Assembly (NCBI GenBank): GCA_963767735.1
Contig: CAVYES010000005.1
Coordinates: forward strand, 512,001-576,000
Direction: 5' to 3'
Origin: Candidatus Bathyarchaeota archaeon
Lineage (GTDB): Archaea; Thermoproteota; Bathyarchaeia; Bathyarchaeales; Bathycorpusculaceae
DNA length: 64,000 bases
Shown: one piece after another, positions 23,058-35,242 of the stretch
Layout of the letters: each line of letters begins with the position of its first letter
Numbering within the stretch: position 1 is the stretch's first letter
Notes under the pieces: model-generated
Database searches by the model: none
Told to the model about the DNA's origin: nothing
Seen by the model: only the letters and a program-made list of their open reading frames with translations
Position numbers and translations under genes: made by a program

Positions 23058-23366
23058 TTAAGGCTTTAGTTCTCTGTCTTCCCTGTAGTCTCTATCCTCG
23101 TGTACTTCCTCTTCAGCTTCGTCTTCGTTTTCTTCTTCAGCCTCGCTTGCTTCTTCACCTTCAGCCATTGCTCTGTCTTCAGCTTCACCTTTTGGCGGAT
23201 AAGCTTTATCCAACCAAACTTCAAACTGTGTCTTGCTGTCCGAGCTAGAAAAAGCCCATTTGCACAATCCACTAATGACCTTGCTAACATCAATGTCACG
23301 GTCGTCAGCTAAACGTTTCAAAAACTCTTCCCAATTTGCAGGTAAAGACACTGAGAAACTACCCAT
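23058..23366 (-). CDS. Ribbon-helix-helix-like protein with acidic tail
   Basis: SFSVSLPANWEEFLKRLA..VSKVI pattern; Glu-rich C-terminus. Confidence 0.55.
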   Translation of the reverse strand: MGSFSVSLPANWEEFLKRLADDRDIDVSKVISGLCKWAFSSSDSKTQFEVWLDKAYPPKGEAEDRAMAEGEEASEAEEENEDEAEEEVHEDRDYREDRELKP

Positions 23367-23533
23367 TCAAAAACGATCTCCACTATCATCTTAGTGTCAA
23401 GTAATATTTAAGTTTCAATGCACGTGAGAATTTTTACGCTCAGAAATTTACTTCAATTTTCTTCGTTTATTTGATAGGCTTAAAGTTCCTAAAGACCAAA
23501 TAGACTGGCTCGAAAAACTGGTAATTACCTAAT

Positions 23534-23686
23534 CTATCTTTGTTCTTTTAACTGTTGCAGGCGTTTGGCGACTTCTTTGGAAATTTTTTCTAAACCCACC
23601 GCTAATTCTTCACGATCAACTTCGTCTAAGGGGTACAATTTTCCTTCTTTATCGATGAAAACAAGTTCCAATTTCTTGTTAACCAT
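23534..23686 (-). CDS. 50-aa micro-protein (not in ORF track)
   Basis: MVNKKLELVFIDKEGKLYPLDEVDREELAVGLEKISKEVAKRLQQLKEQR; SD GGTGGAG. Confidence 0.6.
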   Translation of the reverse strand: MVNKKLELVFIDKEGKLYPLDEVDREELAVGLEKISKEVAKRLQQLKEQR

Positions 23687-23789
23687 TATCTCCACCCGTT
23701 AATCATATTATTATTTGTTTACGCATCGCTTAAACTTCTCTTGCTCATTACTCCATCCAGGCAAACGTAACTTGCTTGAATTGCCCTTC

Positions 23790-24050
23790 TACAAAGAGCA
23801 AGACTTTGCAGGATAACCCGTTTAAAATTTTGGATGTGAAAGGGGTTGGCAGGTTGATGTCTATCACTGTTGAGTGGGGATGCAAAACAAGGCCTGAATC
23901 TCAAAATTGGAATTACGGTGAACAGGGCGGAGAGCCATCATCAATCGAGTTTTGTCACAGAATAAACTTGGATTACGTCAGTTGCTCACCTACAGGTTCT
24001 AGCGGCGCGATTGGCAGCGGCGCAAGCGAGCATTAAGAAAAAGAAGGGCA
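23790..24050 (+). pseudogene. ppdK: C-terminal remnant of pyruvate phosphate dikinase
   Basis: DNPFKILDVKGVGRLM...GEQGGEPSSIEFCHRINLDYVSCSP...ARLAAAQA spread over frames; rest of the gene absent. Confidence 0.85.
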
Positions 24051-24080
24051 TGATAAAACCATTGGCATGATAAAACCATT
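24047..24080 (+). repeat. Perfect 17-bp tandem duplication
   Basis: GGCATGATAAAACCATT x2. Confidence 0.9.
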
Positions 24081-24148
24081 CCAATAAAGCCTATCCTGTC
24101 TTCTTTTGTCGTCTAATTTTTCGGCTAATAGCCTACCCTTTCATCCTG

Positions 24149-24496
24149 TTATATTGTGTAGTTGTCGCCTGTTTTGCTTTCTTCCGTTGTATAAAAGGTT
24201 GAGCAAAGCTTGCAGAAGTCAAGTGTTACTTCGTCCCAGGTTGTTTCTTGTTTTGCGAGGCGTTTAGCGGTTTCTTTGGCTTCTGCTTGGATTCTGGGTA
24301 GGATGTCGGTGAATTGTTGGGTGCCTTTGATTGCCCGTTTGGAGTTTATGTATTGGCTTACGGCTGCTTGGGTGGTTTTGAGTTTCTTTGCCGCTTCAAC
24401 CTGTGTTAAATGGTAAGTGTTGATGAGTTCTTTGGCGACAAGGGACCTGAAGACTGGAAGCACGTATTTTCCTATGGTTTCGCATCGAGCACTCAT
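24149..24496 (-). CDS. HTH transcriptional regulator with Cys residues (AF0184-like)
   Basis: RCE..YVLPVFRSLVAKEL..TQVEAAKKLKTTQAAVSQY..FCKLC; divergent from cysK. Confidence 0.85.
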   Translation of the reverse strand: MSARCETIGKYVLPVFRSLVAKELINTYHLTQVEAAKKLKTTQAAVSQYINSKRAIKGTQQFTDILPRIQAEAKETAKRLAKQETTWDEVTLDFCKLCSTFYTTEESKTGDNYTI

Positions 24497-24708
24497 TTTG
24501 ATTCAGCAAATATAACAGCATTATACCTTAATAAATTAAATGGCAAAGCGTGCACTTGGCCTTTTTTTTCCAATAGACCAACTTATGGCAAATTATGAAT
24601 CATATCGACGTAAAATTGGTAATTAGCTAAAATGGCTGGACCACCTACTTATCCTGAATTATTGTTTTTTTTCTTATTATTTTGTTCGGTTTTGTGAAGT
24701 AAAGCTTT

Positions 24709-24739
24709 TATAACACCGTTATATTATAACATTGATATA
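24709..24739. promoter_or_regulatory. Tandem TATAAC-N3-GTTATA operators before cysK
   Basis: TATAACACCGTTATA (24709-24723) and TATAACATTGATATA (24725-24739); also at 24511-24525 and 28494-28508. Confidence 0.7.
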
Positions 24740-24755
24740 ACAGGTGAATTAAAAA

Positions 24756-25704
24756 ATGACAAAAATCGCAAATAACGTTTTAGAAACAATCGGCAACACA
24801 CCATTAGTACGCTTAAACAAACTAACAAAAGACACAAAAGCCACAGTTGTAGGCAAACTTGAAGCACGCAACCCCGGAGGAAGCGTAAAAGACCGCATTT
24901 GCTTCAGCATGATAGTTGAAGCAGAAAAACAAGGCTTAATCAAACCGAACACTGTAATTATTGAACCGACAAGCGGAAACACAGGCATCGGCCTAGCCAT
25001 GGTAGCGGCGGTAAAAGGCTACAAACTCATCTTAACAATGCCAGAGACCATGAGTATCGAAAGACGCAACCTGCTCAAAGCTTACGGTGCAGAGTTAGTT
25101 TTAACTCCTGGTCCAGAAGGCATGAGCGGAGCCATAAGAATAGCTGAAGAATTGGCAGCAAAAACCCCTAACTCGTTCGTACCTCAACAGTTCAAGAACA
25201 TAGCAAACCCCAAAATTCACAGAGAAACCACAGGGCCAGAAATCTGGAATGATACAGACGGGAAAGTAGACATTCTAATATCTGGTGTCGGTACAGGCGG
25301 AACAATAACTGGGGTAGCACAGTACATAAAACCACTTAAAGCCCAATTTCAAAGCAATAGCCGTAGAGCCAGCAGCTTCACCAGTTCTAAGCGGAGGCAA
25401 AAAGGGACCACACAAAATCCAAGGAATAGGCGCAGGTTTCGTGCCTGACGTTTTAAAACGTGATTTAGTTGATGAAATCATACAGGTTAAGGATGAAGAT
25501 GCACTTCAAACAGCTCGACAATTAGCCAAGCAGGAAGGTTTACTTGTTGGCATATCCTCAGGCGCAGCAGTTTTTGCAGCAATCGAAGTAGCTAAAAGAA
25601 AGGAAAACGAAGGCAAACTCATAGTAGTCATCCTTCCAGACACAGGCGAACGCTACCTCAGCACAATACTGTTCCAAGAACCAGCTCCCACGCCATCTCT
25701 CTAA
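24756..25704 (+). CDS. cysK: Cysteine synthase A; frameshift near 25339
   Basis: [24 protein letters not shown] and [10 protein letters not shown]; one extra A splits the gene. Confidence 0.93.
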
Positions 25705-25797
25705 CCTTTTTTCTTTTTTGTTAGCAAAAAACTCATAAGTCTATGTTTTATTGGCTGACTGGTCACAATTCATCTCGCAAAATAGGGGGTAAAGTAT

Positions 25798-27021
25798 TTG
25801 GATGTTAACAAAATTCGAGAAGACTTTCCGATTCTAAAGCGTAAAATAAACGACAATACTTTAGTGTATTTTGACAATGCGGCAACTTCACAAAAACCAA
25901 TACAAGTAATCAACGCTATAGTGGATTTCTACGAGAACCATAACGCCAATACCGGCAGAGCCGTCCATACGCTTTCTCAAGAAGCAACAGAGATGCAAAA
26001 AGAAGCCCGCGAAAAAGTCGCACACTTCATAAACGCCGCAGATAACGAAGTTGTTTTTGTTAGGGGCACCACCGAAGCAATCAATTTAGTTGCTTACTCG
26101 CTGGGTCTGCATACGCTGAAAAAAGGTGATGAAATCTTGATTTCAATGATGGAGCACCATAGCAACATTGTGCCCTGGGATATAATTTCGCGATTAAGCG
26201 GTTTAAAAGTCAAATATGTGAACGTTAACGATGACGGTTCGCTGAATTATGAAGACTTTGAAAGCAAATTATCCAATAAAACTAAAATTGTTTCTTTAAC
26301 TCATGTTTCAAACGTAACCGGCGCAATTAACTACATTAAAAAAATAGCTCGGGCGGCACATGATCATGGCGCATTAATGTTTGTCGATGGGGCTCAGTCT
26401 GTTCCACACTTGCCCGTTGATGTTAAAGATTTAGATATCGATTTTTTAGCGTTCTCTGGTCATAAAATGCTTGGACCAACAGGAATAGGCGTACTTTACG
26501 GCAAAGCGGAGATTCTTGAAAAGATGGCTCCTTTCCAAGGTGGTGGAAGCATGATAAGCGATGTTTCTTTCAGCAAGGAACAAGGGCAATGTAATATTGC
26601 TTTTAATAGTTTGCCTGGGAAATTTGAGGCTGGTACGCCCGATATTTCCGGTATTGTAGGTTTAGGCGCTGCCGTTAAATATCTTGAGCAAATAGGGCAA
26701 AAGGAAGTCTTCGAGCATGAGAGACTTTTAACTAATTACGCAATTAAGAGAATGCGTGAACTCAAGAACGTTGTTATTTACGGGCATAGTGATGAATCCT
26801 TGAGCAGTGGAATTATTCCATTCAACGTTGAAGGCTTATCATCTCACGATGTTGCCCTCTTTCTTGACAACTACGGCATAGCCATTAGAAGCGGTTTTCA
26901 CTGTGCACAGCCGCTGCATCAAATTTTCAAGTTGCAGTCAACTGCACGGGCAAGTTTCTACATATACAACACACTTGAGGAGATTGACCGTTTTGCGGAT
27001 ATTTTAAGAAAAGTTGTATAA
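25798..27021 (+). CDS. sufS: Cysteine desulfurase, SufS type
   Basis: YFDNAATSQKP, FSGHKMLGP, RSGFHCAQP. Confidence 0.95.
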   Translation: MDVNKIREDFPILKRKINDNTLVYFDNAATSQKPIQVINAIVDFYENHNANTGRAVHTLSQEATEMQKEAREKVAHFINAADNEVVFVRGTTEAINLVAYSLGLHTLKKGDEILISMMEHHSNIVPWDIISRLSGLKVKYVNVNDDGSLNYEDFESKLSNKTKIVSLTHVSNVTGAINYIKKIARAAHDHGALMFVDGAQSVPHLPVDVKDLDIDFLAFSGHKMLGPTGIGVLYGKAEILEKMAPFQGGGSMISDVSFSKEQGQCNIAFNSLPGKFEAGTPDISGIVGLGAAVKYLEQIGQKEVFEHERLLTNYAIKRMRELKNVVIYGHSDESLSSGIIPFNVEGLSSHDVALFLDNYGIAIRSGFHCAQPLHQIFKLQSTARASFYIYNTLEEIDRFADILRKVV

Positions 27022-27065
27022 CGTGGGTTCAATATTTTTCTATATATAATTTTCTTTTTATTTTT

Positions 27066-27654
27066 TTATTGATTTCTCGCTTTTAATTGTTGTATTTCAT
27101 TGTATATTTCGTTCCAGTTGTAAACTCGTTTTGTTAGGTTTTTAACGTTTAATGTTTTGTTCCATGGTTGATCGTAAACTAGAACATTTTTGACTTTTTG
27201 CGTCCATCCTAATGCTTCTTCAAGCGAATCTTCCACGATCAGATCTAATGGGTCAACTTTTGCAAGATATTTTTCACCCATATTTAAAAGGTGCAGTTGA
27301 GTGTATGGTACGCCTTTTTCTTTTAGCCAAGACTGCGTTATGTCTCGGAGAATGGTCGTATCGGCTTGTTAATAGATAGATGTTATGGCCTTCCCGGCTT
27401 AGTCGTTCTCTAAGGTTTCTTTGGCGCCTGAAGTTTAACGGTAAATCTTTCTTTAAAACTTCAATTATCAGTTGCTTTCCTTCAGATTTGGTTATTCCTA
27501 AAACAATGTTTAAGTCAAAACAGTAAATGTCTGTTTTCTTTAAAGCTAAACCGTAATTCTTCTTTATCGTTTCCAGAAGCGCTTGCGAGAAATCCGCGAT
27601 TACTCCATCAATGTCAAAGCCTAAATTCATCTTCCGTTTCCCATTTGAAACCAT
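27066..27654 (-). CDS. 5'(3')-deoxyribonucleotidase-like HAD (NT5C), multiply frameshifted
   Basis: FDIDGV, LLTSR, IVEDS and DQPWN motifs spread across frames. Confidence 0.75.
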
Positions 27655-27877
27655 TCTGATTCTGTCCTTTCTAGGAAAAATAATCCAGATTGAACAGGAG
27701 TAACGTAAATAGGTTCAGTTAGCATCACGCAAAAGTTAATGGAGGAATTACGGTTTTTCTTCTGAGACGAGATTGTTTCGAATAGTTTTGCGTGCTTTCC
27801 AATTTTTCAGTCAGCATAAACTTTGCCTTCGTTAGGAATGTTCTGTCGCTTTTCTGTCGTAGCGCTTTTGGGATCAA

Positions 27878-28432
27878 CTATAGCATTCTCAATAAATCGG
27901 CTTTAGTGATGATGCCTATCACATGTCCCTTTTTCGCCACTAAAACCGCTTGGTAAGTTTGTAGTAGACTGGAAATCAATGATAGGGGCGCATCTTCCGA
28001 AACCTGGGGAAAAGCTTCTTCCATGATGTCTTCTGTGGGCAGGTTGGAAATTTGGTCTAAATCTTTGCCAGCCAGAATCTGCCTTAGAATGGTTTTTTCC
28101 GAAACACTTCCTACTGACTGTTTACCGTTAAACACGGGAATTTGGGAGTAACCATGCTCTTTCATTAGTTTAACAACCTTTAAGATTGGCTCATCTTTTT
28201 GTATGCTGATAATTTCGTTTGGTACGATTTTTCGTTCTTGGATTTTCGTTTTGGCTTCTAGCCGTTCAAGGATGTCGAAGATTGTTTTAACTTTGGTGTA
28301 GGATGAATCGATTGTTCCTGCTTCCAGCTTGGCGATTAGGGATTGGCTTACGCCTGCCATTTTGGCTAGTTCGGACTGATTTATGCCGAGTTGTCTTCTG
28401 CGTTTGGCAATGTCTTCTAGGGTTGGGAACAT
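27878..28432 (-). CDS. XRE-HTH plus CBS-domain transcriptional regulator
   Basis: INQSELAKMAGVSQSLIAKLE, YSQIPV, GIITKADLL. Confidence 0.92.
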   Translation of the reverse strand: MFPTLEDIAKRRRQLGINQSELAKMAGVSQSLIAKLEAGTIDSSYTKVKTIFDILERLEAKTKIQERKIVPNEIISIQKDEPILKVVKLMKEHGYSQIPVFNGKQSVGSVSEKTILRQILAGKDLDQISNLPTEDIMEEAFPQVSEDAPLSLISSLLQTYQAVLVAKKGHVIGIITKADLLRML

Positions 28433-28458
28433 GTTTTATGTAGTTGGCTTGATGAGTT

Positions 28459-28508
28459 AATATTCTTTTTGGAATATTTCTTGCAAAAAGGCATATAACG
28501 GCGTTATT
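28459..28508. promoter_or_regulatory. Two palindromic operators between the regulator and metY
   Basis: AATATTC-N6-GAATATT (28459-28478) and TATAACGGCGTTATT (28494-28508). Confidence 0.6.
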
Positions 28509-28519
28509 GGATGTCTTGA

Positions 28520-29851
<1,332 letters not shown>

Positions 29852-29860
29852 ACTTTCATT

Positions 29861-31009
29861 TTGGAGGCAATACATTTAGCAACAATTAACCAAACACTTC
29901 AAGACTCTGAAACAAAGCACTTTACATTCGCTAACCCACCGGAGGAACTGGTTCTTGAATCAGGCGAGAAACTTGGTCCAATAACGCTTGCCTACGAAAC
30001 TTACGGCGAACTCAATGATCAAAAATCAAATGCGATTTTGGTGCTTCATGCGCTCAGCGGAGACGCCCATGCCGCTGGAGTCAACGGCTGGTGGGACAGC
30101 TTAATTGGTCCAGGTAAAGGCTTAGATACAAACAAGTATTTTGTAATCTGCTCCAACATAATCGGCGGCTGCCAAGGCTCAACAGGTCCATCTTCCACTA
30201 ACCCGAAAACGGGCAAACCCTACGCCACCGATTTTCCCATAGTAACTATTGGCGATATGGTGAACGCTCAAGTTCATCTAATTGACCATTTAGGCATAGA
30301 GAAACTTCTCTCGGTAATCGGCGGCTCCATGGGCGGCATGCAAGTTCTCCAATGGATGGTCACCTACCCAGAAAAAATACGGTCTGCAATCCCAATTGCA
30401 ACGACGTTGAAGCATACGCCACAGCAGATAGCGTTCAACGAGGTTGGCCGCCAAGCAATCATGGCTGATCCAGATTGGAAGAAGGGGCATTATTACGGCT
30501 CTAAGGTTCCATCGAAAGGCTTAGCTGTGGCACGAATGATTGGGCACATAACCTACATGAGTGATGCTTCCATGGCTGAAAAGTTCGGCAGGCGCCTCAA
30601 AGAAGACAAAGAACCCTTCAAGTTCGGCGCAGAATTTGAGGTTGAAGGCTACTTGCATTATCGAGGCGACAACTTTGTCAAACGATTCGACGCCAACTCA
30701 TACCTCTACATCACCAAAGCCATCGACTACTTCAACATCCTCAACGGAAACAAAAACCTCGGTAACATTTTCGCTGGGCTAAAGTCAAAAGTGCTCGTAA
30801 TATCCTTCAAATCGGACTGGCTGTACCCATCCTATCAGTCTCAAGAAATTATGAAAGCCTGCAAACTTGCAGGAGTCGACACTACCTACTGTGACATAAA
30901 CTCAACTTATGGGCACGACGCATTCCTTTTAGAAACAGAGCAAGAAACTCAATTAATCAAACATTTCCTGAACACGGCTTCAAATGGACATAACGGCGGT
31001 GCACAATGA
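29861..31009 (+). CDS. metX: Homoserine O-acetyltransferase
   Basis: HALSGD, GGSMGGM, RFDANSY, GHDAFL. Confidence 0.95.
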   Translation: MEAIHLATINQTLQDSETKHFTFANPPEELVLESGEKLGPITLAYETYGELNDQKSNAILVLHALSGDAHAAGVNGWWDSLIGPGKGLDTNKYFVICSNIIGGCQGSTGPSSTNPKTGKPYATDFPIVTIGDMVNAQVHLIDHLGIEKLLSVIGGSMGGMQVLQWMVTYPEKIRSAIPIATTLKHTPQQIAFNEVGRQAIMADPDWKKGHYYGSKVPSKGLAVARMIGHITYMSDASMAEKFGRRLKEDKEPFKFGAEFEVEGYLHYRGDNFVKRFDANSYLYITKAIDYFNILNGNKNLGNIFAGLKSKVLVISFKSDWLYPSYQSQEIMKACKLAGVDTTYCDINSTYGHDAFLLETEQETQLIKHFLNTASNGHNGGAQ

Positions 31010-31599
31010 AGCAGGCACCAGTCAAAGCAGAGCACAAAATCATCCTAAACTGGATTAACAAAGACGCTTCAGTGCTGGACCTTGGATGCGGCGACGGAGA
31101 ACTTTTAGCACGCCTCATAAACGAAAAGCAGGTACATGCGCAGGGAATAGAACTAAGTGAAACAGCAATTCAACGATGCGTCGCCCAAGGATTAAGCGTT
31201 TTTCAACAAGACATAGATACAGGTCTCTCTGAATACGCCGACAACTCATTCGACTACGTCATACTAAACCAGACACTACAGCAAGTGAAAAAACCAGACT
31301 TAGCCCTAAAAGAGGCCTTGCGAGTTGGAAAAAAGGTTATTGTTGGCTTTCCCAATTTCGTGCAGGCCTCAGCCAGATTCCAAATATTCTTCAAAGGAAG
31401 AGTCCCAGTAACAAAAGCGCTGCCTTACGAGTGGTATGACACACCAAACTTGCATTTTTTAGGTATTGCCGACTTCAAGGGTTACTGCAAAAAAAGAAAC
31501 ATACGCATCTCAGACTCAGCATTTATCAGAAAAAATAGAAAAATCAAGCTTCTTCCAAATTTGTTTGCAGAAATTGGGCTGTTTCTTTTATCGTCATAA
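31006..31599 (+). CDS. metW: Methionine biosynthesis protein MetW
   Basis: [21 protein letters not shown]; overlaps the metX stop. Confidence 0.93.
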   Translation: MKQAPVKAEHKIILNWINKDASVLDLGCGDGELLARLINEKQVHAQGIELSETAIQRCVAQGLSVFQQDIDTGLSEYADNSFDYVILNQTLQQVKKPDLALKEALRVGKKVIVGFPNFVQASARFQIFFKGRVPVTKALPYEWYDTPNLHFLGIADFKGYCKKRNIRISDSAFIRKNRKIKLLPNLFAEIGLFLLSS

Positions 31600-31904
31600 G
31601 AAAAATATTTTTTTAAACTATATTTCTTAAAATTGGATATTGGTAGCTGTTTTGCTATACATTCTCAGTGAATACTCTCTTTTTAGCTGTTTATTCTATC
31701 GTATAAATTCTAAGTTCCGTTTCGGAGTTTAATGTGACATTTAAAAGTGTATAGTTTAAAATTTTCTATCTATTGTAGGTCATAAAGCATTGATTCTTCT
31801 TAATTTTTAGTTAAAGTGACTTTAGAATACATGCTATTTTTGCAAGATAACAGCGATTCCTTCAGCCTAATGTATAGTTATTCTCTGAAATACTAAATTT
31901 AAAG

Positions 31905-32228
31905 GTGACTTCAACTCTTTATAGAAACTTTACCCTCATGTTTCGCTTCATTAGGCAAATGTGTAGAAAGCTTAAATCTAAATTAAACCTAATGGAAGCA
32001 GGGGCTGAAAATCTAATGGATAATGATGTTTTATTGTCAGTAACTGTAAGCCGGAAAAAAGATGAAATTGTTTACAGCGTTGACCGCGCAAGTAACTTAA
32101 CAAACAAAGAACTTGAATACTATCTTAAAGAGATAATTGAAGGCATATGCAAGTGGAAACCGGGCGTTTGCGAAGAAACAGTACAAAACTTTAAAGGAAT
32201 AATCAGGAAAAGAAAAACAGACAAATAA
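31905..32228 (+). CDS. Hypothetical protein (true start probably near 32016)
   Basis: ORF; 3' part is protein-like. Confidence 0.45.
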   Translation: MTSTLYRNFTLMFRFIRQMCRKLKSKLNLMEAGAENLMDNDVLLSVTVSRKKDEIVYSVDRASNLTNKELEYYLKEIIEGICKWKPGVCEETVQNFKGIIRKRKTDK

Positions 32229-32353
32229 GATTTAAAACTGACTTAAACTCTACCTTAATTTCGCTGTGTTCGCAAATGGTCACTTTATGATTTAGATGCC
32301 AGTGGATAAGTAATTATGCTTCACCAGACATTTTTCTAAACGTAACTTTTTAA

Positions 32354-32629
32354 CTATCCATCGCGCATAAGAAAAAGTGGTTTAAGGGCTTCTTCTTTCA
32401 TAATTTTCTTGATTGCAGCAACCTCGTCAAAGTTCTCTCCACTCGAGGCAGGCTCGTGAATCTCTAAATCTTTCAGAATAAGATGAATTTCATTATCCGT
32501 ACATTCGACGCGACATACCCTATAATAGTTGTCTTCTGCAACGTCGGACATTTCTTTGGATGTTGAACTGGCTTCAATGCCTTTTGATACATTTGTCTCG
32601 GTTTTCTTTTTCTCACTCAACACCTGCAT
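32354..32629 (-). CDS. Hypothetical protein
   Basis: SD GAGGCG; 91-aa ORF. Confidence 0.55.
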   Translation of the reverse strand: MQVLSEKKKTETNVSKGIEASSTSKEMSDVAEDNYYRVCRVECTDNEIHLILKDLEIHEPASSGENFDEVAAIKKIMKEEALKPLFLMRDG

Positions 32630-33194
32630 AAACGTCGCCTCTTACTAGCCCTGCATAATGATTTAAGCATATGTGATTGTATGATACCAGTCACAAATTG
32701 AAGACCATTCTACATTTAGCCAATTCAAAGAGCGCTAAACAGCTAAACAACACCAAAACTCGCCAGAAGTAAATGCGCATGACACGTTCATGCACGCGCT
32801 AATCCAAAATGTTTGATGTCGGTATACGTTTTTAATGTTACAAAAAAAGAGAAATTTTCGAGGCCTGATGATAGTACTATTTAAGCGTCGCCAAGAATCG
32901 ATTTTTAGAGGGGTTCTGGAGCGCAGAGATTTTCTGCTTTGGCAGCTGTACGCATGCATCCTTTGCAAATATATTTCGCGTTTTTCACTAGAGGCTTTAT
33001 CTTTTCAATTGGCACTTTATCCTCTACCATCTTGCAGAGGTGTTTTTCATGTCCAGGATGAGGTTGAGCTTTTGACAAAACTTACACCTAAACAACTCTG
33101 GTGAAATAATGCTAAATATACTATTGTGATTGTGCTTAAACAGCTACAGCTTCAACTCTTCATTAATTTGTTCTTTTTCTTATGATATTAGACG

Positions 33195-33311
33195 CTATTT
33201 CTCTTTTTGCCTTTTTAAATCAGATTCTTGTTTTCTTAATGCTGCCTTAGCATCGCCTAGTGTAACAACTTCAATGGTGTTTCCAGCGATAACAACTTTA
33301 AAAGCTACCAT
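33195..33311 (-). CDS. 38-aa micro-protein
   Basis: MVAFKVVIAGNTIEVVTLGDAKAALRKQESDLKRQKEK. Confidence 0.45.
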   Translation of the reverse strand: MVAFKVVIAGNTIEVVTLGDAKAALRKQESDLKRQKEK

Positions 33312-33894
33312 TTCTAACCCCATTTTTATTCAACTACCGTGCTTGTAGGACTAACGATGTATGTCCACTCGAGTGCAGCCCATTCGTCAATCTTGACATT
33401 GGTTTTCTTGAGGTTCCTTTTTTTGCATTGCGAAGGTTCTGTAAGATCCGATTTTGTCATATTCGGTAAGCTACACATGATTCGCCATTGGGAGCTGTAA
33501 TCTATTATATTTTATGAACTACTAATCCACTATTGAAACTGCTGACACAACCTTTTCTATGTCATCTGAGTTTCGTTTGTACAGGATGGTACATGAAAAT
33601 TCGGGTTCTTCCATCCTACTAATAGTCTATTTTCAATTCAGACTCAACTGCACTTGCTTGCTTAATCCTTGAATCATCCTTTGCCTTAAGGATATGGAAG
33701 CTTTCCATCACACATAGAACATTTTAACTGTAACTTCTTTTGCAAGTACATTGGTTCAATCCAACACATATAGCAAAAGTAAATTTGGCATTTGGGCAGT
33801 TTAACTTTCGATTGTTACATTGTTGCTACATATTGAAACGTCATAATCTATATACCATCCAAGTACTGTACTTTACGGTGAGAGATAATTCTAA

Positions 33895-34035
33895 GTGACC
33901 GAATGCCCTTACTGTCATAAAGAAGTTTCAAAACCTCAAAAGTCATTTGAGAACAGGTTTTTCCTAATCGAAGCCTACACGTGTGATGAATGCAAGGGCA
34001 AATTTAAGATAGCAAAAGAATTTCCAATATACTGA
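33895..34035 (+). CDS. 46-aa zinc-ribbon micro-protein, related to 22424-22648
   Basis: MTECPYCHKEVSKPQKSFENRFFLIEAYTCDECKGKFKIAKEFPIY; SD GGTGA. Confidence 0.7.
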   Translation: MTECPYCHKEVSKPQKSFENRFFLIEAYTCDECKGKFKIAKEFPIY

Positions 34036-34201
34036 ACTGAAAATTTACAGGTTCAAGCGCACACAGGTAAAGCAGAAGTGAATGTTAGATTTTGAAATCA
34101 AAAAGCCCTGAATTGTCAAGGTACGGCAATCCGCGCCTCGTTTAGCTTCTACAAAAGCTTAAAAGTCATAAATAATTTAATTCTATTTTAGCGATTATAA
34201 A

Positions 34202-34546
34202 TTGAAGATACCTGATCTTCCCTCAGCCAAGGCTGTTTCAACAAAGCGCCTTAGAAGTGTTTGGAAGAGGATTTCAGACAAGCCTTTGCCAGATGTTTAT
34301 GCCTTCACGTTGGAAGAAAAAGAGTTTTTATCAAACTTGGAACTGCTGCAGAAGAACAAGGGAATTATAGATACAAGAGTTAGCGAGTATGGACTAAAGG
34401 TTCCAAACCAGTTTATTGAGGCTTGCACGTTTGAGTTCAAGGGACACTTAATAATCTTTGTTAAACAAACAGTTCCTCTTGTTGATGCCTTGGAACACGA
34501 GTTAAGACATGTGGCATCATGGAATCTCAAAAACAAAGAGCCTTAG
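34202..34546 (+). CDS. Small HExxH (zincin-like) protein
   Basis: LEHELRHV near the C-terminus. Confidence 0.55.
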   Translation: MKIPDLPSAKAVSTKRLRSVWKRISDKPLPDVYAFTLEEKEFLSNLELLQKNKGIIDTRVSEYGLKVPNQFIEACTFEFKGHLIIFVKQTVPLVDALEHELRHVASWNLKNKEP

Positions 34547-34604
34547 ACATGGCAAGAGAGAATAATATATTCCATATTTATGTTCTCATTGCAACTAGTT
34601 CTCC

Positions 34605-35153
34605 AAAAAAGCAACCCAAAACAACCAGAACAATAATTAAAAAAAACTAAAAACTCGAAGATCCACACGCCTTAAAAAAACTAATCAGCAAACTTTTCGT
34701 CACTTTCCTTTACTTTTCCTTACTTTTCGTTACTTTCTGTTACTTTTCCTTACTCAACCTTCAAACGTGTTAAAGCCTAAACAACAAGAACGCATAGCGT
34801 CCGAAATTTGCCGCAAAACTACTTGGAGCGACTCTTCAATAATCCGGCACAATTTGGCACAAATTTACACAAAAATGCACACAACCTGCAAACGAATTGA
34901 GCCCTAAACGAAAAAAGCAACCCAAAACAACCAGAACAGTCAAGCAGCACTTACAAACGTTATATTCTCTTCAAAAAGGCGCAAAAGGACACAGAAATAC
35001 ATTCTGCTACACTTCGCTACGTTCTGCTACATTTGTGTACGCGATTATTTGCGATTAAACGCGATTATTCTCGATTATTTGCGATTATTCTAGATTCTAC
35101 CTGCAAGCAATTTAAGCCCTAAACGAAAAAATCAACCCAAAACACAAATTTTC
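34605..35153 (+). repeat. Cluster of four array-plus-core elements (copies D-G)
   Basis: Cores at 34605-34632 (3' half), 34755, 34882-34938 and 35097-35153; 10-mer arrays at 34691-34750, 34841-34880 and 34981-35096. Confidence 0.85.
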
Positions 35154-35242
35154 CGCAAGGCGCCCCTGTTAAATGACAACACAACGTCGGTGTTCAACCC
35201 CAACGATTACAAAAGAATAATTAGCGTCAGTGTCGGGTTATC

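Noticed and set aside
27745-27870. Further degenerate array-plus-core copy (similar hints at 1275-1300 and 32720-32770)
   Set aside because: Only partial A-rich similarity; cannot be separated from chance without a profile search.
34605-35153. CRISPR array
   Set aside because: Cores are ~57 bp, divergent and unevenly spaced; the intervening DNA is tandem micro-repeat rather than unique spacer; no cas genes.
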